Sequence record: MN445183.1
DNA: 64,000 nt
Strand: one strand, 5' to 3'
Within the stretch, counting starts at the first letter, position 1, and each line of letters opens with the position of its first letter. Under the pieces are notes generated by a model. It was given only the letters and a program-made list of their open reading frames with translations. It searched no databases and was not told the DNA's origin. Shown piece by piece: positions 9,584-19,701 of the stretch. Made by a program: the position numbers and the translations under genes.

Positions 9584-12046
9584 ATGAATCTAGACTATAC
9601 GATTTACGAGCAAGATAACCTGCGCTTTGCTCGTACCGTAATACTCCACTCGACACGCACAGCGGAGTTCATCAATAAGAACATGTCTATGCAGGGTTAC
9701 GTATATAATCCCGTAGACAAAAAGACCTGGAAGTACTACATGAACCTCGCTGGGGTGTACCACCCGTCTAACAAACCAATGCAGGTGCGTTCGTTAGACA
9801 ATGGCGAGATGATCGACTTCACCGTGGAGAACATGAGCATTCACGTCTCTACGGCACGCAGTTATCAGTACGGCACTGACTACTACAATGAATTAGTTGC
9901 CAAGTTCCCTGAGCAGCAAATGTTGATTAAAGGTATCTTGAACCCGATCCCATATGAAGTCTCTACTGCGGCGAAAGAGTTTGAGATTATCTGGTATGAA
10001 CGCAATCTGATCTTGACCGGGGAAGACAACGTGCTTCCGCAGTTACAGACCTGGATTTACGCGTTCGTGAAACAGAATGAGCATCTGAACTACACGAACA
10101 TAACCGATGACCTGATGCACCATTATTTCGTTGCAGCGATTACCATGCACCTGGCGATTCGGTTAATGATGATCCGTAATGAAAACATCGGCACCAACTA
10201 TGTCCATGATTTTCATATTTGGGCGCATCTGGGGTCCCATGCCAACTTGCAGCGTTATAAGCCGTATCTGACGCGTAAGCAGGTATTGTGGTTGTACCGT
10301 AACATCGTGTACCTGATTCGCAACCCGGGTAAGCGTTACGAGTTCGACCAGATCATGGAACACTTGTTGACCGAGCGCAGCATTCCACTGGCGGCGTACA
10401 ACGCCCAGCACTCCACCTTGGATATGTTGGACAACGTCAAGGCCAGTGTGCGCTTTAAGCGCGAACTGCTGAACATGCAGGATAAGATCGCCGATGATGC
10501 GTATTTCCGCACCACTCGCGAGATCATTGAAGATCAGGTGCCGTTAGCACGTGACAACATCGACGTCTATGAAGCCGCTGTTCCAGACACACAGCTGGCG
10601 GTGCGCGCAAACCGCAATGCGAACATTCCAACGAAGGTGTTGGAGTCAACCATGCGTGATTTGTCTGAATCCGTAACGTTCCCATTGTCCATGACGATCT
10701 TGAATGAATGGGCGCGCATGGCCTCTACCGGACGCTACACGGCGATTGTTTCCATGGTCAACCCAAAGAACGGGTTAACGATGAGCATGACTGTGAAAGA
10801 GGCGTTTGTGTTGTACCTGTATGCGGTGTGGATGGGGCAAGGCCAACAACTTGACATTATCCCGCACTACCAAGCGACAATGTGTCTGAAGATTCCACGT
10901 CCAACGTTTGAATACCTGAAGCGTCGTCATGGTACCCGGTTTGTTACGGATGCCTGGATTAAAGAAGCGATCAGCAATCAACCTGACATGCCGAACATCA
11001 TCTCGACGGAAACCTTCTACAATAAAGCGGTGGAAGTTAACAACGCCACGCAACGTCATCGTGATCTGTGGACGTACCGTAACTGGCATGAAGAACGTGC
11101 TGGTATCGAGAAGATGGTGCTCGACCTGTACGAAGATGTCATGTGTGATATCTGGTCAGGAACGAAGTATGAAGACTTCTTTAGTCTGCGTGGCTGGGAT
11201 CTCACTGACATTCAGCCAGAAGACTGGACCACCATCGCTGTGAATTTGATGACCACCGCAACGGGTCAGGATACCACCGACACGCAACGGATGGCTGATG
11301 TGCAAAAGGCCATGCTGGAACTGACACTGGAACTGTCATCGTACACCATCCAGGTGATTCGTAAGATCAACGACGAAGCGATCGTGATGTTGGATTACCC
11401 AACACTGCGACTGGGTGATGTAAATATCGGTACAGGCCAAACCCACTGGACACAAACCGGCGTTCGTACCGTTGATGTCAACATGAAGCGCAATGCAACA
11501 GTTGACATGGTCTCCGCAAGTAACGTCGTCGCGTCGCACGGCTCATCTACCCGTAAATGGGTCTATGACCTGAACATGACGGTCGGTGCGCAAGCGGTCG
11601 GCTATCCACGCACTACGTTCTACGCCTCCGGCGCCACCGCACGTATTCGTGATGAGGACAAAGTGGTTGAACCGGTATTGGGTAATGAACTGTTAGACGG
11701 TCTGTGGCTTAATCCGTTCACAGACGATCGTCCGGTTATTGATCAAGACCAGGTATTGGATGGCTTGTGGGTGGATCCGTCTCACGTTGGTGAACAAATG
11801 CTGGATGGCCTTTGGCGGCAACCAAAAGCCGTGGGTGAGATGATGCTGGACGGTTTGTGGGGTAACACGTTTGTGGTTGATGAGAAACTGCTGAACGGTT
11901 TAGCTCACGATGATCTGAAGGTAAATCTCCAACTGCTGAACGGTTTGTATGCCCAAACCTTACCGCGCACCATTAAGTATACTTCTTCTGATTTGGATGA
12001 AGATACGAAGAATAGTTTGAACACGGAACAGTGGGATAAGGAATAA
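9584..12046 (+). CDS. Virion structural/baseplate protein (phiKZ gp128-like) with C-terminal LDGLW repeats
   Basis: 820 aa; N-terminal WKYYMNLAGVYH segment typical of this family as I recall it; position next to the portal gene. Confidence 0.6.
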   Translation: MNLDYTIYEQDNLRFARTVILHSTRTAEFINKNMSMQGYVYNPVDKKTWKYYMNLAGVYHPSNKPMQVRSLDNGEMIDFTVENMSIHVSTARSYQYGTDYYNELVAKFPEQQMLIKGILNPIPYEVSTAAKEFEIIWYERNLILTGEDNVLPQLQTWIYAFVKQNEHLNYTNITDDLMHHYFVAAITMHLAIRLMMIRNENIGTNYVHDFHIWAHLGSHANLQRYKPYLTRKQVLWLYRNIVYLIRNPGKRYEFDQIMEHLLTERSIPLAAYNAQHSTLDMLDNVKASVRFKRELLNMQDKIADDAYFRTTREIIEDQVPLARDNIDVYEAAVPDTQLAVRANRNANIPTKVLESTMRDLSESVTFPLSMTILNEWARMASTGRYTAIVSMVNPKNGLTMSMTVKEAFVLYLYAVWMGQGQQLDIIPHYQATMCLKIPRPTFEYLKRRHGTRFVTDAWIKEAISNQPDMPNIISTETFYNKAVEVNNATQRHRDLWTYRNWHEERAGIEKMVLDLYEDVMCDIWSGTKYEDFFSLRGWDLTDIQPEDWTTIAVNLMTTATGQDTTDTQRMADVQKAMLELTLELSSYTIQVIRKINDEAIVMLDYPTLRLGDVNIGTGQTHWTQTGVRTVDVNMKRNATVDMVSASNVVASHGSSTRKWVYDLNMTVGAQAVGYPRTTFYASGATARIRDEDKVVEPVLGNELLDGLWLNPFTDDRPVIDQDQVLDGLWVDPSHVGEQMLDGLWRQPKAVGEMMLDGLWGNTFVVDEKLLNGLAHDDLKVNLQLLNGLYAQTLPRTIKYTSSDLDEDTKNSLNTEQWDKE

Positions 12047-12076
12047 CCAAATCCTATGTTATCATGTTCTTAACCC

Positions 12077-12976
12077 ATGAAGGAGTTACCTGTGACTGCA
12101 CCAATTGTGTTTCAAGCGGGTACCGACTACTACGTGGTTGATCCGTCCTTACCATCGAGTGAATTGGTGTACGGGCTGATTAATCACGATAACGGTACTA
12201 ACTACACGCCGACGACTCTACGGCTCTCTACGCCGCAGGTCAACCTTGATACTGAGAAGTATCCACGTAACAGTAAGATCTTCGCTGTAACGCGTCCGGG
12301 GGCTCCTGTACAGGGATCGACCTGGTATTACTACGACCGTATCTCACTGCCGTACTACTTGCAAAACTATCCGGAAATCCGTGTTGAGGTGCCTGAAGGC
12401 GCAACGACCATGCGTGACCTGATTCCGTTTATGAACAGCACCTTTAACATGGGGCTGCAGGCGGAAGACGTCCGTCCGGATTTGATTGACTTCGGCGTCA
12501 ATGCGGTTAACCGTTTCACCATTTCTACGGCGTCGCTGGCGTGGCAGGACTCTGTAGAGATCATCGTGGATTCAGCGAAGATCGATCTGGGAACACTGGT
12601 CGGTAACGACGAGCTGGGTATTATCCAGGTGGTAGCTGAACACCCAATGACCTACGGCGAGCTGTACGGTTACTGGACCAACACCAAGCCAATCGGACCG
12701 GTGTTGTTTGACATCCCAATCACCAAGTTGGCAGACGATGTCCTGGCCCGTGCATTAACCAGCGTGACAGGTGATTTCTGGACCCACGAGCCTAAGCTTA
12801 GCCCGTTCAACCTGTACAACGGCACGGTCCTTTATAATGGTCGTATCGTGGATCAGACTGAGTGGCCGGGTAATGCGGATAAAGGGTACATGATGGTGGT
12901 CAATGTGGATCCGACCTTCTGTAGCGAGTTCCAGAACCCGCTGGTATTGTACTACAACCGGGTGCAGGGGAGCTAA
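12077..12976 (+). CDS. Virion structural protein, paralog family member 1
   Basis: 299 aa; shares Y.R..L and L..VTG..W...FNL..G...Y.G motifs with 12979 and 14733; true start may be GTG at 12092. Confidence 0.65.
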   Translation: MKELPVTAPIVFQAGTDYYVVDPSLPSSELVYGLINHDNGTNYTPTTLRLSTPQVNLDTEKYPRNSKIFAVTRPGAPVQGSTWYYYDRISLPYYLQNYPEIRVEVPEGATTMRDLIPFMNSTFNMGLQAEDVRPDLIDFGVNAVNRFTISTASLAWQDSVEIIVDSAKIDLGTLVGNDELGIIQVVAEHPMTYGELYGYWTNTKPIGPVLFDIPITKLADDVLARALTSVTGDFWTHEPKLSPFNLYNGTVLYNGRIVDQTEWPGNADKGYMMVVNVDPTFCSEFQNPLVLYYNRVQGS

Positions 12977-12978
12977 TC

Positions 12979-13815
12979 ATGGCACAAACAACTCTACAGA
13001 ACATCATTCATAAACGCATCAATGATCTCATCGTTCCTGCGTTTAACCAAGCCTTTGGCGCCAACCTGAAAATCACCGACTTTGACTTTGTGTCGGTGCG
13101 TCCAAATACGGACCAGGGTGCAACGAAAAACACCAAAGGTATTGTGCGTGCAGTGGAAGCATCTAAAGCGTACACCGGCCAGCGCGAAGTAAAATACAAC
13201 CGTCTCGATGCGATGGAACTGTTCTACGGCGTACCGAAGTTTATTGAGCTGGCGGCTAACCAGCTGGATGAATATACCGTGGTGGGTTACCTGTCCAAAC
13301 GTTACGGTTTAGAACTTGACGTCTCGTACATTGATGCGGTGACTCTGGGCCAGGGTTATGTGGAAGTGGCGTTCGGTGACAACTCACCGATCATCATGGG
13401 TAAAGCCCGCTTCAACTACTACCTGTCTTCTATAGACCTGAGCGAACTCATCACTGACGGTGTGGTCGGTTCTCTGCACACGCCTGAGATCTCCTCGGCA
13501 GCAAATATCAGTCTGTACTCTTATCCGTTAGATTTGACATTTGTCAAATATGACATAGAGGGCCTTGCAACCAACGCTAACGCGCCGGCAGCATTGGCTG
13601 AAGTACTGAACGCTGTTACAGGTGATCCTTGGGTGATCTCTGCACAGTCGGGCGAGTTTAACCTCGGTGAAGCGAAACTGGTCTTCCAGGGTCTGTCTTC
13701 TGAGGCAAACAGCAAAGGGTATCCAGCTAACACCCACTTCCCGAAATGTGCGATTTTCCGCCTATCAAACCTGTGCACCAACTTCAGCGGTTTGCTGATG
13801 GTGAACATGTATTAA
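12979..13815 (+). CDS. Virion structural protein, paralog family member 2
   Basis: 278 aa; YNRLD and LNAVTGDPW...FNLGEAKLVFQG motifs. Confidence 0.65.
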   Translation: MAQTTLQNIIHKRINDLIVPAFNQAFGANLKITDFDFVSVRPNTDQGATKNTKGIVRAVEASKAYTGQREVKYNRLDAMELFYGVPKFIELAANQLDEYTVVGYLSKRYGLELDVSYIDAVTLGQGYVEVAFGDNSPIIMGKARFNYYLSSIDLSELITDGVVGSLHTPEISSAANISLYSYPLDLTFVKYDIEGLATNANAPAALAEVLNAVTGDPWVISAQSGEFNLGEAKLVFQGLSSEANSKGYPANTHFPKCAIFRLSNLCTNFSGLLMVNMY

Positions 13816-13830
13816 AAAGGATTGCTATAA

Positions 13831-14718
13831 ATGAAACGTAACGTCCGCACTATTTACGGTAACATGCTTCAGGTTGCCAATCAGCTGGGTATTCCACATC
13901 GTGTGTTGGAGCGCTCTACGCTGAACGAAAAGTTTGGCATGCTGCCGGGGACCATGCCCCCGTCCAGCACTAACCCGAAGATGCAATTCTTTGCTATCGG
14001 TTACGGTGGTCACTTAGGTTATCTGGGTAAGAACGGAACCTATCTGTCCACCGCCATTGACCATCAGCCTGACCACGCCGCACTGTACAAGCACATCCCG
14101 TTCATTCTGCGTGAACCGGGTAATGACCTGTCAGCGGACCAGCGTGATAAGTACCGCATGCGCACAATCTGGACAGATGAAACCACCGGTAAGAAATATA
14201 TCGCTTACTGGTTGAAAGTCATCAGTCTGGCTAACGTGGTGGTGCAGTCTAAGAAGACCGTACGTGACGAGTCTACCGGTGCATTAGTGCCGTCCGACTG
14301 GGCGCCGGATTCTAACGCACTGAACCCACAACCACCGTCACTGGATACCAATAACCTGGATCAGGTTACAACATCGTCCACGTTCTACTCTGCCAACGCA
14401 GAATTAGACATCTCCCTGACGGCGTTGGATTGTGCAGAACTGCTGAACGTGGCCCGTATCATGTTCAAAGATGAAGCGTATGCACTGGTATCTGAATACG
14501 CGCTGGTATCTGGCGTTGACCAACCGAACACCGGTGATAACGGAATGGGTGGCAGCATCCAGTACAAAGAGATCATCGCTGCGCAAGTCAACAACTTCCT
14601 GACCAACCGTGGAGCGGCAGCTGACGATTCCGATAAAGGTATCGAGTGCCTGGTGAACTACGGTGCAACCGAAGCACTGGTCGCGGATAACGCTACCAAT
14701 GCCACGTTCCTGAAATAA
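13831..14718 (+). CDS. Virion structural protein (baseplate region)
   Basis: 295 aa in the structural operon; LYKHIPFILRE...DL..QRDKYRMR segment resembles phiKZ-like virion proteins. Confidence 0.6.
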   Translation: MKRNVRTIYGNMLQVANQLGIPHRVLERSTLNEKFGMLPGTMPPSSTNPKMQFFAIGYGGHLGYLGKNGTYLSTAIDHQPDHAALYKHIPFILREPGNDLSADQRDKYRMRTIWTDETTGKKYIAYWLKVISLANVVVQSKKTVRDESTGALVPSDWAPDSNALNPQPPSLDTNNLDQVTTSSTFYSANAELDISLTALDCAELLNVARIMFKDEAYALVSEYALVSGVDQPNTGDNGMGGSIQYKEIIAAQVNNFLTNRGAAADDSDKGIECLVNYGATEALVADNATNATFLK

Positions 14719-14732
14719 GGTAAAGGTTACGG

Positions 14733-15569
14733 ATGAATATCTTTGACAAAGATCGTGAATCGTTGCTGTTCGACTTAATTGAAGAACACAACAACATCAA
14801 ACTGAATCGCACCTACGCCATTCTGACGAACTGGACGAATGGCACCGGCGTGAACGGGGTTGATGCCACGGTAGACGTGGAGTCTAACGACCCAACGTTC
14901 TATTACAACATGAAACGCATCAGCTACGGGAAGCTGGACCTGAACAACGAGTTCAAGTTACTGAACCCTACGCTGAAGTTCACCAACGCCGACACCAGTC
15001 ATACGCTGCTTCCGTTGATCAATGCGAAATACGGTTTGCTGCTGTCTACGGATGACATTCAGTTAACGCAAGTGGATACATCTACCAATCCATGGCAGAT
15101 CTATATCCGTGCAAAAGCGGATTCCCCGATTGCGAAGACTAACGTCCAGGGTGTACTCTTTAAGCTGGACACGACCAATAACCATTTGAGCGTTCCGCTG
15201 AAGAAACTGATCCTGACCGGTCTGGTTCCGCCGTCCACTGATCTGGCACGACTGCAAGGTCCGTTGATGACGTACCCGACGTTTGCTGCGGATAACTCGG
15301 CACCGGCACGCTATGCGGTAGGCCACGTGATTTCCGCACCGACGTCTGATGATTGGGCGATCGCGGATCTGTTGTCTACGGTCACCGGTGAACAATGGGG
15401 TTTCACCCAGAGTAACTACACACTGTACGGTGCGAAGGTTGCCTTTAACGGGATGACTGCGCTGGCACAGGCCAATGGTTACCATGTCAATACAGACCAC
15501 ACGTATGTATTGATTCTGGAGTGTAGCAGCGTTGGTAAGGTCGGTGGTTACATCGTAGTTCACTACTAA
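14733..15569 (+). CDS. Virion structural protein, paralog family member 3
   Basis: 278 aa; YGKLDL and LSTVTGEQW...YTLYGAKVAFNG motifs. Confidence 0.65.
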   Translation: MNIFDKDRESLLFDLIEEHNNIKLNRTYAILTNWTNGTGVNGVDATVDVESNDPTFYYNMKRISYGKLDLNNEFKLLNPTLKFTNADTSHTLLPLINAKYGLLLSTDDIQLTQVDTSTNPWQIYIRAKADSPIAKTNVQGVLFKLDTTNNHLSVPLKKLILTGLVPPSTDLARLQGPLMTYPTFAADNSAPARYAVGHVISAPTSDDWAIADLLSTVTGEQWGFTQSNYTLYGAKVAFNGMTALAQANGYHVNTDHTYVLILECSSVGKVGGYIVVHY

Positions 15570-15610
15570 GCAGTGTGGTGGGGGAAACCCCACCCACTAA
15601 GTGAGGCTGT

Positions 15611-16234
15611 ATGGTATTTCACGATCAGCGCCCTATTGAACCATTGCGCGTCGTGAGCATCGACCCCGGTACAGAAACCATGGGGGTCTCGTTGCTCGGG
15701 TTAGACCCCATCACCTTGAATCAATCTTTCATGGAAGCGTTCACCATGCGTGGTTCCATTGTGAACTACTATTGGGGAAACGTACTCTATGACGGCTTTG
15801 CACGTGATTCACGGCTATTAGCGTTAGAGGATCAGTTGGTTAATTATTTCCAACGCGTGCAACCGCATGTGGTGGTTTACGAAGACAACTATCTCGGGGC
15901 CTCACCGCAATCGTTCAAGGCTTTGATTGAAGCCTGCATGTGTATTAAACATGCAATCTGGCGATACAACCCGTATCTGGAATCGTACGCTGTGAAACCT
16001 AACCAGGCAAAATCCACGGTGAACGCTATTCCAAAACGCGGGATGGATCAGCACACACGAAAAGAATTAGTGCGACAAGGTCTGATGGCGTATCCTATCC
16101 TCAGAGTGCCTCCTGAAATCCTCATGGGATTGGACGAACACTCCGTTGACTCGGTAGCCATCGGCGCGTACGCGCTACAAGAACTCAGCAACCAAATCAT
16201 TCTTGGACAATGGAGAATGCCATGTCATCGGTAA
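15611..16234 (+). CDS. ruvC: RuvC-like Holliday junction resolvase
   Basis: SIDPG (catalytic Asp), VVYEDNY (Glu), HSVDSVAIG (Asp) with RNase H-fold spacing. Confidence 0.85.
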   Translation: MVFHDQRPIEPLRVVSIDPGTETMGVSLLGLDPITLNQSFMEAFTMRGSIVNYYWGNVLYDGFARDSRLLALEDQLVNYFQRVQPHVVVYEDNYLGASPQSFKALIEACMCIKHAIWRYNPYLESYAVKPNQAKSTVNAIPKRGMDQHTRKELVRQGLMAYPILRVPPEILMGLDEHSVDSVAIGAYALQELSNQIILGQWRMPCHR

Positions 16235-16623
16235 AAGACTACGTGGATCCAGTTGTCGAAGCAGACGATCGCGTGCTTGATGCCTTGCAGAACTCGCCTC
16301 ACGGGGTCGTGTCGAAAGCCATGGTTATCTGTGGGGTCTCTGCGGTGCTGACAGCTAACGCGTGTGCCGTGGCTTTCTTCGGTATGTGTATCATCCATGT
16401 CTGGAAGAATGGAACATGGCCGCCGAACGTAGGCTGGGGAATTACGTCTGTGGTGCTTGTCGGGCCTGTTTTAACTGGCTGGCAATTTATGGGGGTGCGT
16501 AAGATCCTCACGTCTATCTTCTCTGAGAATAACTCCTTAGGGTCTATTGTCAAAGAAGTGGTAGCTCGTAAGATGGGATTGCAGACACCTGCACCTAAAG
16601 CAACTGATGACACATCAGCATAA
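16210..16623 (+). CDS. Two-TM membrane protein, holin candidate
   Basis: Two hydrophobic segments, charged C-terminus, converges on the spanin pair. Confidence 0.5.
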   Translation: MENAMSSVKDYVDPVVEADDRVLDALQNSPHGVVSKAMVICGVSAVLTANACAVAFFGMCIIHVWKNGTWPPNVGWGITSVVLVGPVLTGWQFMGVRKILTSIFSENNSLGSIVKEVVARKMGLQTPAPKATDDTSA

Positions 16624-16625
16624 GT

Positions 16626-16666
16626 AGACCCTGGGGCCGCTCACGCAGTCCCAGGGTCTTATGCCG
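16626..16666 (+). terminator. Hairpin followed by TTATGCCG
   Basis: AGACCCTGGG...CCCAGGGTCT stem then TTATGCCG, between convergent genes. Confidence 0.65.
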
Positions 16667-16668
16667 CT

Positions 16669-17145
16669 TTATTTCTTCGGTGGTAATACACTGACTTCGT
16701 TAGACTGCTGAATAGCATTTAACAATCCGTGCGTGTACTGCAACAACGTATTATACCGCGTTGCCAAATCGTCAGCGTCTGACCCAAAGCGAATCAAGAA
16801 GATGCTGTACTGATCTGGCAGGAAGTACTCCTCGTAATCAACATTATCGTACGTGGTTGTTATAACCGGTGCGGTAGAGGTCGTCCCGGTTAACACAGCA
16901 GGTGTTTCGCTAGCGTTGAACTGGCCAAGCAGACGATCACTGTAATCGACCTTCTCTGCCTTGTCCAGCGACGCTGGAATACCTTGAACAACAATGCGTT
17001 TACTGTCCAGCACTTGCTGGGTAAGGGACTGGGTGGGTGGCGGTAACTGGTTTGCGGATCGACAACCTGAAAGCACCAGTAGACACGTCATTAACACGCC
17101 GGTTAGTAACGGTTTGATTATTTGATTTCCACGTTTCATAATCAC
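16669..17145 (-). CDS. Outer-membrane lipoprotein, o-spanin (Rz1-like)
   Basis: Lipobox LSG-C followed by Pro-rich LPPP; overlaps the 3' end of the i-spanin gene in another frame. Confidence 0.7.
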   Translation of the reverse strand: MIMKRGNQIIKPLLTGVLMTCLLVLSGCRSANQLPPPTQSLTQQVLDSKRIVVQGIPASLDKAEKVDYSDRLLGQFNASETPAVLTGTTSTAPVITTTYDNVDYEEYFLPDQYSIFLIRFGSDADDLATRYNTLLQYTHGLLNAIQQSNEVSVLPPKK

Positions 17146-17410
17146 TGTCCAATTTACGCGTCAATTCCATTTGCGCCTTAGTTATTTCCAGCATCTGATC
17201 CGATACGTGCTTGAGATCAGATAGCTGACCACGAATGGCAACCAACTCCTCACCATTTTTCTTGGTTTCAGAAGACAGTGAACCAATTCGTTCACCGATG
17301 TCCATGATCGCATTGAAACCCCAGACCACCGCAATGACAAGAAGAATTTTCTGCCAGTTAGCAGCCAGTACGCTGAGTCCACCGGTGAATAACGACGAAA
17401 TGCGTTCCAT
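17000..17410 (-). CDS. Inner-membrane spanin, i-spanin (Rz-like)
   Basis: N-terminal TM, coiled coil, DVSTGAFRLSIR resembling lambda Rz DVAAGRRRLHIK. Confidence 0.7.
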   Translation of the reverse strand: MERISSLFTGGLSVLAANWQKILLVIAVVWGFNAIMDIGERIGSLSSETKKNGEELVAIRGQLSDLKHVSDQMLEITKAQMELTRKLDSDYETWKSNNQTVTNRRVNDVSTGAFRLSIRKPVTATHPVPYPASAGQ

Positions 17411-17419
17411 AAACGGTCC

Positions 17420-18649
17420 CTAGAAAGTGGCTATCTTTAACCAATAGGCATTCGAATTCAACCACGGATCAGACATTAACGCATAGTCTGTCACGATAGG
17501 TTCATTCTTATACCCAACGGTCGTGTTAAGCGCACCACGCTTCTTGAAATGACGCGTCAGCATGCGATGACGTTTCTCACCTGGACGCAGTAGCGGTTCA
17601 GCCATTACTCCGTTATTGAGCACCACAGGGACAGGCTCGTCCGTAGGCACAGTAAACAAGCCTGGCCAGGTATGGCGTTCTAACGGAACCATTTCAAGAT
17701 ACAGTAACGGGTTGTCGAATACGACCCAGAAGCTCTGGGACAGCAGTAACCAGGACTTCAAGAAAGCATCACTCTCCAATACCTCTTTACGAATGATGTA
17801 AGGAGAGTCTGGGTTGATCTCGGCAGGGATACTGCTCAGATTGATGTAATCGCGGTCATAGAAGAACCGTTCTACCCAATCCACACGACCCGTTAAGAAG
17901 TTAGCGGTGGTATCGCTGATTAATGTTAACAGGTCGTTCTGCCAATACAGGATCCCGCCCACTACCAGCGCCACGGATTTCCCCTTGGCATTAAACGGCA
18001 GCTTTAACAGCATTTGCTCTTTCAGTGAGCTGTACTGATCAGGAGGATAGATGTCACCCTCGCTAATCGGATAGATGCTGAGGGTCGAGAGGTTGTTAAA
18101 GGTCAAAGCGCCCGTGTTAACCTCGTTTGCATGCCACGCATCACGACAGGCGTCCAGAATATAAATACCGTCATTTGACAGTGCTGAACGATGCATGTAA
18201 CCGTTTACCGTGAACAAGGTCTTGGCAAACAGCTCTTTGTAATCCACCCCTTTCTTCGTGATGAGAAGATCCTCTGCATCAGCAAAAGTGTAGTTGGTGG
18301 TTGGGTGAGACCTGATCAAGGTAGGCTTTTGATTAAACCACCAAGCATTCAGGTTAGAGAACTTAGCGTGTCGTTCCGTTAAGTTCGGCAGGGTATCGGT
18401 GGTATTCAGCGCGCGATTGCCTAATGAACTGAACCAGTCCCCAATCGTCCCGCTGAAAGCAACCAATTCAGCATAATAGTCCTGCAAGCGCAGGCACACG
18501 TTCTTAGTAAGAAACGTATTTGTGACAATGACCCGGTTCTCTGTGTAAGAGCGAACCACATCTGCCACTTGCATCGCAGAGATGTCATCGTTGACCAAAC
18601 GGGGACGGGAGCCCTTCGTCTGGGAAATGCAGGCGACATATTTGTACAT
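17420..18649 (-). CDS. Probable virion structural protein
   Basis: 409-aa ORF in the structural block; no catalytic motif recognised. Confidence 0.6.
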   Translation of the reverse strand: MYKYVACISQTKGSRPRLVNDDISAMQVADVVRSYTENRVIVTNTFLTKNVCLRLQDYYAELVAFSGTIGDWFSSLGNRALNTTDTLPNLTERHAKFSNLNAWWFNQKPTLIRSHPTTNYTFADAEDLLITKKGVDYKELFAKTLFTVNGYMHRSALSNDGIYILDACRDAWHANEVNTGALTFNNLSTLSIYPISEGDIYPPDQYSSLKEQMLLKLPFNAKGKSVALVVGGILYWQNDLLTLISDTTANFLTGRVDWVERFFYDRDYINLSSIPAEINPDSPYIIRKEVLESDAFLKSWLLLSQSFWVVFDNPLLYLEMVPLERHTWPGLFTVPTDEPVPVVLNNGVMAEPLLRPGEKRHRMLTRHFKKRGALNTTVGYKNEPIVTDYALMSDPWLNSNAYWLKIATF

Positions 18650-18726
18650 AAACCGTCCTTACATGAAATTCAATCATATGTGTTCATTGCCTAATACAAG
18701 CTATAAAATATCTTGGGAGAAATGCC

Positions 18727-19698
18727 ATGGCTGCTATTAACCTGGGTGACGTCGTTTACCCATTTAACCCGTTAGCCAAAGAGACGGGTGCTCAGATCAA
18801 GGGTGAAGATTATTCGCTCACCCCTGCTAATGGGAAGAACTACGTAACAATCATCCCACGTGCAGCGCCGTTCTTCCGTCAAGGTGTGGTGATTAAGAAT
18901 GCCGCTACCGGGGCAACACTGGTAGAAGATCGCGATTACACCTTTGGCTACATGTATAACCAGTTTTCACAGCTCTTATATAAAGGGTTGTACGGTTGTA
19001 TTACGTTCCACAATTTATCTGCACCATTAGCCGTCAAGATCGACTATGCTACGCTGGGCACACCGTTTGTATTGAACGGTGCTGCGTATGCTCAGTTGGT
19101 CGCAAACATTGTCAACAACCCGCGTGAGATCTTCTGGGAGCAGATTGTTAACCCGCCAGCAGAATACCCACCGCTGCCGCACATCCACCCGGCTTCTGAG
19201 ACCATTGATTATCAGCAGTATATTGATGCGATGAAAGTCGGTCAAAACCTGATCCTCAATGCAGTATCTCAGTACAGTGGTACTCTGAATGACCACCGTA
19301 ACCAGAAAGGTAACGTGCACGGCTTGACCACCGCGGATCTGATTCTTGAGAAGATCAAGAACTACCCAATGGCAACTAACGCGGATATCGCAGGAAACAA
19401 CGATCAGGTGTATGTCAGCCTGCTGATGGCGAAGAAGATCTACCAGTACATGTTTACTGGGCTGCCGTTAGCGGCGTTGAACTCTGCGGTGATCGGTGAG
19501 CTGTTAACTGGTCGGGCAACTACACAGTTGCTTAGTGATCTGTATGATGCCGGTTTGATGAACTCCGACGAACAGGCTAACTTTAAACTGTGGCAGCAAT
19601 ACGTGGGTGCGTTGATTGTTAAAGCCTGCGCGGGCACCGCGACCGTGGTCACCGCACCTGCACGTAACGGGATCTTCTCACGTTTACTGGGACAATAA
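18727..19698 (+). CDS. Tail-fibre-associated virion protein
   Basis: 323 aa; YPFNP N-terminus and WEQIVNPPAEYPPLPHIH motif shared with the next two genes. Confidence 0.65.
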   Translation: MAAINLGDVVYPFNPLAKETGAQIKGEDYSLTPANGKNYVTIIPRAAPFFRQGVVIKNAATGATLVEDRDYTFGYMYNQFSQLLYKGLYGCITFHNLSAPLAVKIDYATLGTPFVLNGAAYAQLVANIVNNPREIFWEQIVNPPAEYPPLPHIHPASETIDYQQYIDAMKVGQNLILNAVSQYSGTLNDHRNQKGNVHGLTTADLILEKIKNYPMATNADIAGNNDQVYVSLLMAKKIYQYMFTGLPLAALNSAVIGELLTGRATTQLLSDLYDAGLMNSDEQANFKLWQQYVGALIVKACAGTATVVTAPARNGIFSRLLGQ

Positions 19699-19701
19699 CC
19701 T

